A stretch of DNA of 64,000 nucleotides from the human T2T-CHM13v2.0 reference genome, Homo sapiens (GCF_009914755.1 NC_060927.1), one strand, 5' to 3'; positions 46,400-57,983 are shown, numbered from the stretch's first letter. A program made the numbers and translations. The notes: generated by a model from the sequence alone, not told the origin.

Positions 46400-47810
46400 C
46401 CTCTCAGCCATTTCAATCTCCCTTTGAACTAATATCTAAATCTTTCATCCCTCTTCTTTCTGAAATTCTTGAAAGAATAGTTTATTCTTTCACTTGCTCA
46501 TTCCTCAACCTTCTGATGTCTGGGCTCACCCCTATCATACCATTAATGTGACTATTGTTTGGGGGCAGCAATGCCACCCTTTAGTTGCCAGAGCCAGTGA
46601 AGATTGTCTAGATGCTATATTCATGATAGAGCACTCTCCACTGGACTTGTGCATTAGGTACTGCTCATCACCTTCTTCCTTCCAATTATCACAATATCCT
46701 CCTTTCCTCTAGTCTATCTCCCTCTCAAAGGTGAGCTCCTCTTCCCACTACTTAAGCATCAAGCAGTCCCCAGGGTTCTGGCTTCAGGCCTTGTTTTGAT
46801 TGCTTCACATGATATCCACACATGATATGATGTGGATGACATCATGCACCTGTTGGGTACCAACTGTCGTATCTATCATTATATCCCAGTAGACTTTACT
46901 CTGAACCCTAGATTTGAAAATCCAGCCAACTGATGGTGGTCCCAAAGGCCTTCAAACACAGATGAGGACTGGGCTCAGCATCTATATTCTATATTGCCCC
47001 CTCTTCTTCTTCCTCCATTCTGCATCTAATTCAACAGCATCACTTTTCACTCAGTTGCCTAGAAAGGACACCAAACGGGTTCTTACTGCCTGTTCTTTCT
47101 TTTACCCTTACATTCAATGAAGTACCAGCTTCTGGAAATTTTGCCTCCCATGTCTTTAATTTCTTCTCTCCTCTGCGTTATTCAGGACTTCAGCCATTCT
47201 TATCTGGACTACTTTTAATTGGACACTTTGATTCTGGTTAGACCCATTTTTCAAACAGTTAACAAAGGGATCGCTTAAAAATCTGACTACGCCACTTCTT
47301 TCCTATTGCTTCGTGTTGCTTGTGGGATAAAGCCAACCTTTTTTGGGTTGCATTACAATACCCTCTTATCTGCTCTGCCTGCTTCTCTGCCCATTTCTTG
47401 CTATTCCTTGCCTGGTTCTTCTTTCACATTCCACAATGCAAAACAGCTGTAGTTCTCATCTGACCTCTTTGTTCAGTCTGTGCCCTCAGTCCATCCCCCC
47501 TTTATCTTTCATGAAGTGATGATTACTCTCCTGTAATACAGCTCAGGCATCATCCCTGGGGAAAGTCTCCCCTGAGGGCTCCCCATTCTATTTAGGTAGC
47601 CTTCTTGAGAGATTCAAGATACTCAGTGCCTATCTCTATCATTTCTCTTATCCTACTCTTTATTTCTTCTAAATAATTAGTATTTAAGCATCTTACCCCC
47701 TACTCTGGGCTTAGGGCAAGGATAAATACTGTGTTCTTATATTTCCTATGCTGGACTCAGAGCTTAGCACATGTTCTAACTCAGGGCTTGTTGAATTAAT
47801 CTTGAATGAC
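46400..47810 (+). mobile_element. L2 LINE relic (RT region to 3' end)
   Basis: 'ttcttgaaagaatagtt', 'gtccccagggttctggcttcaggcc' (PQGSVLGP-like), 'gggataaagcc', end 'cttagcacatg...gcttgttgaattaat'. Confidence 0.7.
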
Positions 47811-49801
47811 TGGTTGAAATTTAATGACTATTTGTACATAGATAAGCATGGCATTGTTGACTCAGAAAACATCCCAGGAAACACTTTTTATTAAACCAGA
47901 TATAAATACAAATTCACATTTTTTTCTCAGGTTTATCAAGAATCTAGAGCAGAGATCCTAAGAAAACTACACTTCTCTGCCTTTCCAGTTTTCCTGTGGT
48001 CAGATTTTTTTTTAACTTGGTGTCTCTTGGGTATTGTTGAACATACTTGTATTCTCTTATTGTGATGCTACTGAAAGATATAGATTGAGGAGGATGGCGA
48101 TTTTAGTAAATGTAGGAGTAAATATTGAAATGATTTCTTTAAAATCTGCTTTCAAGGCTGTTTGAAGCCGTTTTTATAAAAAAGTTAGCCAGTTAAAAAA
48201 TACTCAGAAGACATAGCTTACTCCAGTACCAGATGGTATTAATTGAAGGGATATTTCAATTGTGGTACCTTGCCATGAATTTCTCTGTGGAGCAATTATT
48301 CTACAGACCAGCACAGCTCTTGAATTAGTGTTACTAGTAGAGTCTTTTAAAAAACTGTTTACTGACTGACACCATAATAACAGCACTGCATGCCTGATGT
48401 GATATACGGTTTTGATTGTTGTTCCATATTACTGGAAGACTTCATCCACAATCAATCATCAAAGCAGTCAACTGCATTAGGAAATGAGGGCAAGCTTTTG
48501 TTCAGTAATGCATTTGATAAGTTTAATCTTCTAAACCTGGAACTAGGTAATGATATGGATAGTCTGTGTTCAAATGGAAAATAATTTATTGAGATTTTTG
48601 GCATGCAATTTCACCCCTGCTGGTCTAGAAACTCATTACAAGGTGAAAAGTGATTGCTAATCAAGATTTCCAGGCTATATTCCTTCCCTGGTAAGTCTTA
48701 TCCCTCTGACTCCTGACATTTTATCCTAATTTTCAGCTGATATCAGCATGTAGCATGTCTTACCGTAAGTAATAAAATATTAGGGAGGTTTATGTGACAT
48801 TTTGAAATATTAGGGAATAGTCATAAATTATGTAAAATGATTTTCCTTTATTTGGATTTTCTAATCATGATGTGTCTGAAATGGGGAATGTTTGAATCTG
48901 AGGAATTACACCATTAAAATGGCCCATTATCTGGAATCTCATCTTCTCATTGGTCTATAAAAGCTTGAAAGGTGCCTTATGCCTATTCCCTAGTCCTCCA
49001 TTCCTAGATCTCTGCAGGGTTAGAGCTAGTAGGGATGGCATCGTGGTTGGGGCCAATGGGGCATTCATAACTGGTATGAACTATTTCTAGGGCATTGAGA
49101 AATATGGGGGAGTGGAAATGGCCGAAATGGGATTTAGAGTGGAACCATATGGGAAAAATGTTACATGTGTTTTCACTCTTAATTATTTCACAACCACAAT
49201 TAAACAAAAATTGCAATGTGCTGTTTGGTTTTGATACTTAAGTCCATTAAAATGAAATTAATAATAGTTAATCCATATTCTGAGAAAATAATGGCATTTA
49301 TACTTCTGTGTAGTTTGCAAAAATACAACTTTTATTAATATCTTAAACATGCAGATTATAGAATGTTCATAGAAGTTAAGATATAGAATATCTTAAACTT
49401 TGCAGATTATAGAATGTGAGTATTCATTGTATTTGGAGGTTTTTTTGGTTTTGTTTTTATAACTAGGTATTAGTAAAATCTTAAACAATATTAAACTAAA
49501 TATTGGGTGGGTGGTGTACTTTCCTAATACATTAACTGTGTACCAAAATGTGTATAAATCATCTTTTTGTGCCATCAGAGACAGTTGCTATTTAAAGGAG
49601 TTTTTGGTGAAGGCTTTTGTAAAACAAATTCTCATCCCCTAATCAGAATGTTTATGTGCTGAGTTTGGTTAAAGAAATGCATGCGGTGATATGTAAAGTT
49701 TAAATGGAATTTTAGAATTCAACAGAAAGCCTTTCTGGATTGTGGAAACTTTTCCCAGTGAAGTTATTTTGCTTTCTTAATGAGATTTTATAGCACAAGG
49801 G

Positions 49802-49836
49802 GTGTGTGTGTGTGTGTGTATGTATGTGTGTGTGTG
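49802..49836. repeat. (TG)n microsatellite, interrupted
   Basis: Seen directly. Confidence 0.9.
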
Positions 49837-50443
49837 AAGTTGAGCCTATTTAGATGAGAACATGGGAGGAGACTCCTCCGCTGACAGCACTTTTTCCCCT
49901 TTAGCCCTCCAGGCCCAAGCTGTGGGTCTTTTGGCACACAGAGGCTGAGACTGCCTGTGTGTTGAGTGGAGCCCAGTCAGACAAAATATGGGCCTGTGAC
50001 TCACTGGGATTCTCCCTCTACATCCAGGAGCTGAACTTTCAATTTGGGCTGCTGCTTGTTGAAATGTGAAGTCATGAAGTGTTCAGGACGTTTTTATTTT
50101 TTAAATTAGTGATGTTTGTTTCATCTCCCACAGAGAGAAGTGTGGGTCAAAAAGTCAAAACTTCGTCCGACTTAAGGTGCTCGTTGCCATGTAACTCTGA
50201 TCAGCACTTTCCTTGGTCTCATACACTTTCTTAAAACACGTTAATTTCATTTGGATTTCTGGCTCAAAATTGTAACTGAAAAGAAACAAATCCACTTTTA
50301 AATGTTTGAGAAACAAGGGAGCTCAAACTACAGCATGAACAAAAATGGCTCTCACGAGGAGCCCGCCAACAATTCTGCGAGGCTTTTATTGCATTAGTAG
50401 GTGGCTGATTCTATCTCATTTGACATTTGGTGCAATACCATTG

Positions 50444-50913
50444 TGATGCAGGACAGGTGGGCCCCAAAGTGGGACCTAGCCTGCCAGGGTTCTTGGCTTC
50501 CCCAGAGAAAGAATTCAAAAGCAAGCCAGTGGTAGGGTAGAAGAAAACAGCTTAATTGAAGTGGCAATGTTACAGCTCCAGCAGTGTGGCACTGCTGTGC
50601 TTTTCCTGCAGAGCATAGGCAGAGAATACCCCGTAGGCAGTAAATTTATACCTACTTTTGATTGTATGAGATTAGCAGCTAGTTTATTGCAGAAATTTCT
50701 GGGAAAAGCGTAGTAACTTCTGGGTCATCAGGTTATTGCCATGGAAAGCGGGGATAGCTCCTGAGTGTTGCCATAGCAATGGTAAATTGACATGGCACAC
50801 TGGTGGGCATGTCTTATGGAAAGCTGCTTCCACAAGGCCCTATTGTAGCTAGTCCGCAATTTGTTCTGGTGTCTGTACCCTACCTCTGGAGTTGAATTCT
50901 GCCTCTTACCTCA
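50444..50913 (-). mobile_element. MER66 LTR (3' LTR, 470 bp)
   Basis: Minus strand reads tgaggtaagaggcag...cagctttccataagacatgcccaccagtgtgccatgtcaatttaccattgctatggcaacac...cctgtcctgcatca, matching the MER66 consensus as recalled. Confidence 0.85.
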
Positions 50914-50999
50914 TTCTCCTCTTAGATGAGATACTCCTCCTTAATCTTAAAGGGGCTGCAAAAGGGCAGAGGTCTGTCTTCTGATTACTTCCTGCCGAG

Positions 51000-52804
51000 T
51001 TTATGGGCATGGGCACTGCCTAGCACCAGAGGAGTAAATATCTCCGGGTACCTGACCTAAGGGGCCCAGAGGCAGGACAGTTTTATTCTTTGGGTCAGCA
51101 GGTGGGATGGGTTGGAAGCCTTGTGCCAGCATTGTCTTTACCTGGAACTGCTGTAATCCAGAAGATACAAAACTTTAATAAGACGTTAAACAAACTAGGG
51201 TCAAAAATTAGTAACAAGAAGATTGCTATCAAAGGTCCTAGGAGAGGTAAAACCCAAGTAAGACTTGGAAAGGCACTTTTGATAGTCAACCAGTTTTAGT
51301 TGCGGTCAGTGCCCTTGCTGTATCTACATAACCAGGTAGATTGCTCATAAATCTTTGAGTGTTAATTTCAACTTGTCCAGAGTTGTTAATATATGAGCAG
51401 CAGGTTTTATTAATAACTGCACAGACTCCACCTTATTCAGCTAGTAAATTATCCAAAGCTAGTCTCTTGTCAAGGACTACATTTGCTAAAGAGTCCGGGG
51501 ACTTTTAAATTCCCTTTAATTCCTGGCCTGTTTTAAGGAACATGGATGCGCTGCAGCCAGGCAGGCATAGGCTGAGGTAAATATCCTGTGTGACTTGGTG
51601 GGATTGGAGCACAGGTGCACAATTCTGTGTCTTGTATAATCATAGCTATGTCAACATAACAGACTCATCACCTGGCTCTCAGCCACTATTGTTTGTGAGG
51701 TGTATAAATGCAGCACTGACACCGTGAAAGAGCTGAATAAAGCCATGTCTCATCTACCTGCTGTCGCGAGTGTTCTTCCAGCTCCCTGCCCCCTTGTTCA
51801 CCCACTCCTCTCGGACCTCAGCTGGGGTTCAAACCTGACACCAGTGTTGGTGGCTAAGGATTCTAGGGTTTGAGTTAAATTCTTTAGGGTTAACTCATGG
51901 TAGGCAAGGTTGCCCCAGGGTGCTGCTAGTCCTTTCGCTGCCCTGATTCCTGCCAGAATTAACCCTATTGCTTGTTTACTTCTGGTATTCCTGTGTCTTA
52001 AGGGGTTATAGACAGTGATCCCTGGAGGGGCTAGGGTAACCAATGTAATTCACCTCTATTCCAAGTTTTTTGACATACAAGGGAAAGCTGTTCCTAAAGA
52101 AGAGGTGACTCCCTGGGGAGTCAGGAGTTATGAGGTGTGACTTCTTCCCATTCATGGCCACAAACAAAAATGAGCCCAATTGGGGCACAAACAGAGGCCC
52201 TCTGGGGTGTGATGTTTATTCTTTCCTGTCAAGTTGGGTCTATAGAGATATTTTCCCCCCGATCCCATGGAGATGGTCAGACAATCTTTGTTTTCCAGAA
52301 GGGGGCAGTAGTCCCACCTTCACAGACAAGGCAGTTGTTTTTCTCTTGCGTGATCTAGGAGAAGGCATCACATATGGTCTCCTTGCTTAAAAATGGAATC
52401 CCTTTTACCTCGCTGTGGCCTTGGGAGCTTGGCAACTAGAGTTGGATCAGAGCATAGCAGGGAAACTTTTACTTTTTAGATATCCAACTTCCCAGGTCCA
52501 GGTAACAGTGGTGGGCAGACTCAGGTGGAATTTGTTAAGTAGGGGAGCGTTCCACTTAACAAGTAGGAGTCTGGGTATTTGGGGATCCCTATGGTTAGTT
52601 AAGAGGTCTGGGGAGATGGTCGTGAGATTTTCTGGATAAGTCAGAAGGTAGAACTCTGTCGTGAGAATGTTGATGACAAATCCAGCAACCACAAAGATGA
52701 TTCCCTGATGTTATAGTTGTTGAAATATTTACTATAGAGTTACGTTCCCACCCATGCTGAATCAGGGTAACAGGGAGAGCAAATGGGATTAACAGTGACA
52801 GCGT
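51000..52804 (-). pseudogene. env: Retroviral env pseudogene, EnvV (ERVV-1/ERVV-2)-like; 3' boundary approximate
   Basis: SU start WERNSIVNISTTITSGNHLCGCWICH; degenerate furin site RSKQ/AIGLILAGI; fusion peptide AAPWG; ISD DSLANVVLDKRLALDNLLAE*GGVC; CX6CC CAVINKTCC; TM WVLPLLGPLIAIFLLLIF. Stops, frameshifts and an LTR insertion. Confidence 0.9.
51532..51840 (+). mobile_element. LTR18A-like solo LTR inserted in env
   Basis: t(t)taaggaacatggatgcgctgcagccaggcaggcatagg...tataaat...aataaa...aaacctgaca; 5-bp TSD cctgt (51527-51531) / ccagt (51841-51845). Confidence 0.85.
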
Positions 52805-52959
52805 GGTGTCCGGTTTGGACCTTAGAGTGGCCTCTACACCCAACAAGGACAAAAATGTTTCCTAGGAGGTTGGCTAAAGTAACAGAAAAGAAGTATTATA
52901 ATCAGCTAGAAGAGAAAAATTAAGCTCGTATTCCCACCCACAACATCACATTACCACTT

Positions 52960-54430
52960 GTAGCTGAGTGTTGATTCTTTTAAGTAGGTAGCAGAGAGCC
53001 TCCAAAGGCTCACAGATGTAGACCATAGTGTCCTCTTGTGCCTGTGATTCATAAAAAACCGCTTTAATCCTGGGCAGGTGTGCCCAGTAGTTATTCCCTG
53101 AAGTCTATCAGCTGTGGGGGTACTCAACAACACCGGATAGTGGCCCCTCCATTTTGGTTGTATTGATCTTCAGGGGATCCTTCTTTCCAAGTTTTTAGCA
53201 GGACTAAGTCTCCTGGTTGAATGGGGGATTCAATATTTCTCTGGTGGGAGGGGGCGATATTTTATTTCCATAGGCTTGGAGGGCCTTTTGAACCTGGCCT
53301 AAGTCGATAATATGGGTGAGCTTTCTATGTGTCCCCTCATCAAGCAGGAGATCTGAATTTAAAAAGGGCCTTCCCTAAGTCATCTCAAATGGACTAAGTT
53401 TTAGAGTTCCCTTTGGGGCCATCCTTACATATTGTCTGGGGGATCCCTGAGCTGTTAGGAGTCCCCTTTCTTTCCATATAGCAGCATGAGCATGGGGTAC
53501 CAGGAACCCCTATTTGGAGTCAGTAAATACATTGACTCTTAAGTCTTTTCCCAATTGGAGGTCCCTAATTAAAGCAGGCCGTTCTGCTTTTTGAGCGGGA
53601 GTTTAGGGTGGCAAAGCTTTTGCCTCAATGACCTCTTTTGGATAACTACCACATAACCTGTGTTTCTTACTCCATCATGCACAAAGCTATTCCCATCTGT
53701 AAACCATTCAACATGGAGATTAGTCAGGGGCTCATCTTTGAGGACAGGCCTGCTCTTGTAGGTCTGTTCAATGGTTTCCACACAGCAATGAGTAAGTTGG
53801 GGATCTGTTTTCTGGGATGTGAAGTCCAGAAACAGGGTAGCAGAGATTAAAACTTGACACACTTTAAGAGTAATATCTGGGGTATGAAACAGAAGGATCT
53901 GATATTTAAGTAAGTAACCTCCTGTCACTGCCATTAGTGTCCTTTTGCATCTAGAACCTCCTGTACTTGGTGAAGGGTGATGACATGTAATTGTTGTCCC
54001 AAGGTAAACTTCCTGGCTTCTTCTACCAATAGAGCAGTGGTGACCGCAGTTTGCAAGCATCCTGGCCACCCAGCTGCCACCTTGTCTAGCTGTTTAGAAA
54101 AGTAAGCCACTGTTCTAGGGCTAGTCCTGACCCTTTGGGTTAGGACACCCCAAGCCATCCCTTGTTTATCAGCCACAGAAAAGATGAAAAGTTTTTCTAA
54201 ATTAGGGAATCCCAAAGCAGGAACTGTTCCTAGTTTTTCTTTTAGGATTAAGGATGATTGTTGGCAGGTTCTATCCAAATTCAAAAGCTCATGATCACTT
54301 CCTTTCAGAGCTTCATAGAGTGGTTTTGCTATAAGCCCAAAGTTGGGAATCCAAATCTGGCAAAATCTGGCCATTCCCAAAATGGCTTTTAACTATCTTG
54401 GTCTGAGAGGGCTAGAGTGCCAAGATGGCC
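52960..54430 (-). pseudogene. pol: Gamma-type pol remnant (RT thumb/connection, RNase H start, integrase C-terminus)
   Basis: GMARFCQIWIPNFGLIAKPLYEALKG, VAYFSKQLDKVAAGWPGCL, WFTDGNSFV; integrase end with WRGHYPVLLSTPTA-like sequence near 53110-53150. Confidence 0.9.
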
Positions 54431-54439
54431 TTGGGGTGG

Positions 54440-54898
54440 AATCCTGCACTAGAGAACTGGTGAGGCCCCTCCCTTAGACTAACGGATTAAAGAGTCTCTG
54501 AAGGTCGGGGGCACAGGCCTCCTAGGGGGAGCAGTTAGGAGGGGGCCATCTAGAATACGTGGTGCAGCTTCTGGGTGCCTGGGAGTATCATGAGCCAGAC
54601 ACACTCTACAGTTAGCCCTTAGGTTAGGATCCTGGTGGCAGGCCATAAAAGCCTGCACATAAGAAACTTCCTCCCATTTTGCTTGCTTTTTACAAAGCAA
54701 ATATAATTGTACAATATTATTGTAATGTAAAAAACCATGCCTAGGCAAAATCTGTTGGCTTGCCAATTTGTAGTGAACCCAAACATTACTGCAATAGTAA
54801 ATGAGTTTTTTTCTTTTTCAATTTGTCTAACTTAAATTTGTTCCAAATGTCTAAAAGCCTAGTGGTGAGTCCCTCGGGATGCTTGCTGTTGTCCCCAT
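54440..54898 (-). pseudogene. gag: gag matrix-domain remnant
   Basis: ATG at 54898: MGTTASIPRDSPLG (MGxxxS myristoylation motif), then frameshifted ...QLYLLCKKQAKWEEVSYVQAFMA... as in HERV9/W/V-type gag. Confidence 0.85.
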
Positions 54899-56425
54899 GT
54901 CTAGTAAAGATTTCTACACGGGGTTTCGGTTAGCCTAAGTTTAGCAAATGCTTAGTTACTTCTCCCTTTTAATTTCCCACTTCCTACAAAATACAGATAA
55001 TAAGGTGCTATGAAAGTGGATTGTGCACTACAAATGAGCAGTTGGAGGTTGAGCCTAAATTCCACAGAAAGAGAGGGTTATGCAGAGAGGGGCTAAACAA
55101 ATGGCGACTGTGGAAGGGAGGAAGGGAGGAAGGTGGGTAAACAGCATCGCCTAAGGGGAAACCTTGGAAGCATTGACTTGTGGGAGAACTTACCCAGCAG
55201 CAGAGACACTAAAAAAATGTTTAGGTGGTCATTCATCTACCACTGTAGGTGGCTGTCTATCAGGCCAGGGGCCTGGAAACGCCCGGTTCCTTTGACCAAG
55301 AGAGGCTTGAACAAGGCAGTATTAAGTCAGCCACAAGAAAGGGCTTGCAACGGGATTATTATTAGGAAAATAATAACTTCTAACTTCAGGGTAGAAAAAG
55401 GGAAGAGCAATATTCCTCTAGGGGGACCACAATCTTAGAGGAAATGTCAGTGCTAAATACCTCAGAGCATCTAGGTGCTGGCTAAAATAACGCTGAAAAC
55501 CCAGAGTGCCCAAGTTTCAACGAATGAGGGTCCCCCTACTCCAAATGTGAAGACCCCTGGGGCACCCAGGGTGGGGTTGGCCAACAGTGAACCCAAAACG
55601 AAGCTGGGGTCACTGAACAATATGACTCTGGCATCTCAGGGTCAACACAGTAGGGGATCTCTCACAACCAAGTGCCCTGCCTTTAACAACTGCCCAAACA
55701 CAAAGTCCAAAGCAAACAAAAGACTGCAAACAAAACATACATCGTAGAACTAAAATAGCATGACTGGTGGAACAATAAAATGGAGTCAGAGGAGAACTGG
55801 GAGAGGGATGATGGGGACGTGCTTCAGGGCACCCAAACTGTGCAGGACTTTCGACTGACCAATTAGCCAAAGGCTTTTATTTTGTTTCCTAGCTCTCCCG
55901 ATATTATGGGGACCATGGGGGAGAGAGGATACTCACCCATCCGCAGGAACCAAAATGGCACTGACTGATCTTCCACATGGGACCCAGTTGAAGGTCTCTC
56001 CAGATTTCCTCACCTTGGGTGGGCTTGGCTGTCACACAGGATGTCTGGTGCAAATGCTGGTAACCTATTGAGCTGTTGGTTAGAGCAGCGAGTCTCACAT
56101 GAGGCAGCAGCACTATGGTCACTTGCCCATCCACTCAGCTCTGTTGCCTGCCAGGGAAAGTGATGGCTCTGAAAAGAGCCTTTGGCTATTGGTACAGCTC
56201 TATAGTATTAGCTATTTATTGTTACAGCCTTTGTGTTATAGCTCTTGCAGCCTCTATCACAGACTGCTTTGCTGTCTCTTGCCATCTCTGCTTGTTGTCT
56301 CACTGATCGGTCTCTTGCTGTCTCTCACGGTCTCTTGCTGTATTCTTGCTGTCTTTGCTGACTGCCATCTCCTCATCTCTCGCATTCTATGGCTCACTGT
56401 CTTCAACCCTTTGTTAATCACCGAA

Positions 56426-56695
56426 TGATGGAGGGCAGCTGAGCCTCAAAACTGGGGCTTAGCCTAGGAGGGTTCTTGTATTTGCCCAGGAAAGAATTCA
56501 AAGGCAAGCCAGTAGTGTTATACAGCAACTTTTATTGAACTGGCAGTGTACAGCAGCATCAGAGGTTCTGCTCCTTGTGGAACAGGGTTGCTCTGGGCAC
56601 ACTGCCTGTTGGGTAGCCCTTGAATTCCTTCCTGGGTGAAGCTGAGAACTCTCTCAGGCTAATCTCTAATTTTGGGGCTCACCTGCCTTGCATCA
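56426..56695. mobile_element. Rearranged MER66 5' LTR: minus-strand R/U5 (56426-~56590) joined to plus-strand LTR 3' end (~56589-56695)
   Basis: 56426 tgatggagggcag... is U5 in antisense, next to a decayed PBS; 56589-56695 reads in sense ctctgggcacactgcc...gggtagccct|tgaattcc...cctgccttgcatca. Confidence 0.85.
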
Positions 56696-56909
56696 GTTGC
56701 ATCTATGGCAGGCTGTGCTGACCCCATATGAGGCTCCATTGCTAGAGTTGCTTTCTGGGTAGGGTCATGAATGGCCTTGTTCTGAACTCCCTTACCTGAT
56801 CTTCTTATGGCCACATTTGAGGATGTTGCTAGAGTTTGGGGAAAAAAACAAAAAACAGTTGTGTATGATTCTTCATCTCATGGAGATGAGAGAGCCACGG
56901 ATACACAGG

Positions 56910-56915
<6 letters not shown>

Positions 56916-56940
<25 letters not shown>
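56916..56940. repeat. (GT)n microsatellite
   Basis: Seen directly. Confidence 0.95.
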
Positions 56941-57579
56941 ATACATGCATGCATCAGTGTGTGTAAAACTACAAATATTCTGTTGCCTTAGGATAAAACA
57001 ATATGACTTACTTAATACTAAGTTTCAGTATTATGATTTATAAAACAGTAGAAAGAAAAAAGTGCTGTGACAAAATAGTGCACAATTTAAACAAGAAGAA
57101 AATACATTTTAAAGGTAATGTAAACCTCTTTCAATGGACTTTGCCAGGTGGTGTACAGGACAGTGACCTAGGGCCCCAGCTCCTCAGGGCAAGCATAGCA
57201 GGCTGTGTGCAGAGTACCTAGGTGTTCTTTCTGAATGATGTCTTTCCTGTATAATTTCAGGTGGAATGAGGAATGACCTCATGTTAATGAATAGCAGTTT
57301 GATTATTGGTGAGGAAATTTTCTCTTTAGAATGAGAATTATTGTTCTGGGTTTGGAGTTCATGTATGGAACTCAGGGGTTTCTGACTCTTGAAATTATAT
57401 TGAAATGTTTGGAGGTACTTGTATGTATGTGTTTTTTTCACAGATAGGTTTGTATATGTGTACATTTTTCTAGGGATAGGTTCTGTAATTTTTCTCAAGT
57501 TCTCAAAGGGGCATGTGAACACTCCTACACTGGTTGTACAATCATGTCTTAAATGATTTAGGGTTTTAGGTCTTAGGGG

Positions 57580-57960
57580 TGGTGGATTGAATTATTGTTC
57601 TAAAGTATTCACTGTGCCTCCACATTGGCACTTTCCTGGAGAAAGATTAGAGTCCCACCCCACTGATGTTGAGCTTGGCCATGTCACTTGCTTTGATTGT
57701 TAAAATGAGTGGCTATGACACATGACACTCCTGAGCAAAAGCTTTAACAGCCATTGTTTGATTCTACCATCACTCTTTTACTTCTGCCATGTGACTGACA
57801 TGTCCCAAAGAGGAGCTGCATCTACTTTCTTGACTGAGAATGAAGAACTGGAGCTGAAGTTGACTCTGGAATATCTCACGCTAGTAAGAAATAGACCATA
57901 TTGTTGCAAGCCACTGAGATTTGGGGGTTCTTTGCTGCTGGCAACATATCTTGGCATGAG
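57580..57960 (+). mobile_element. MaLR solo LTR (MLT1H/I-like)
   Basis: 'tggtggattgaattattg...gagcttggccatgtcacttgcttt...aagccactgagatttggggg'. Confidence 0.65.
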
Positions 57961-57969
57961 CCGACTGCT

Positions 57970-57983
57970 CCAGTAGGTGGCAG
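57970..57983 (+). promoter_or_regulatory. Candidate CTCF core motif
   Basis: CCAGTAGGTGGCAG fits the consensus CCASYAGRKGGCRS at all positions; occupancy unknown. Confidence 0.4.

Larger units (their letters stand above)
50444..56695 (-). mobile_element. MER66-type ERV1 provirus (HERV-V/EnvV-related), internally deleted, with rearranged 5' LTR
   Basis: On the minus strand: leader, gag, pol, env, PPT (aagaggagaa, 50914-50923), full 3' LTR; flanks attg (50440-50443) and gttg (56696-56699). Confidence 0.88.

Noticed and set aside
47915-48770. Isolated splice-like sites (ttttttctcag|g at 47930; ctg|gtaagt near 48690), also aag|gtgagt near 39309
   Set aside because: No consistent open exon; such sites arise often by chance.
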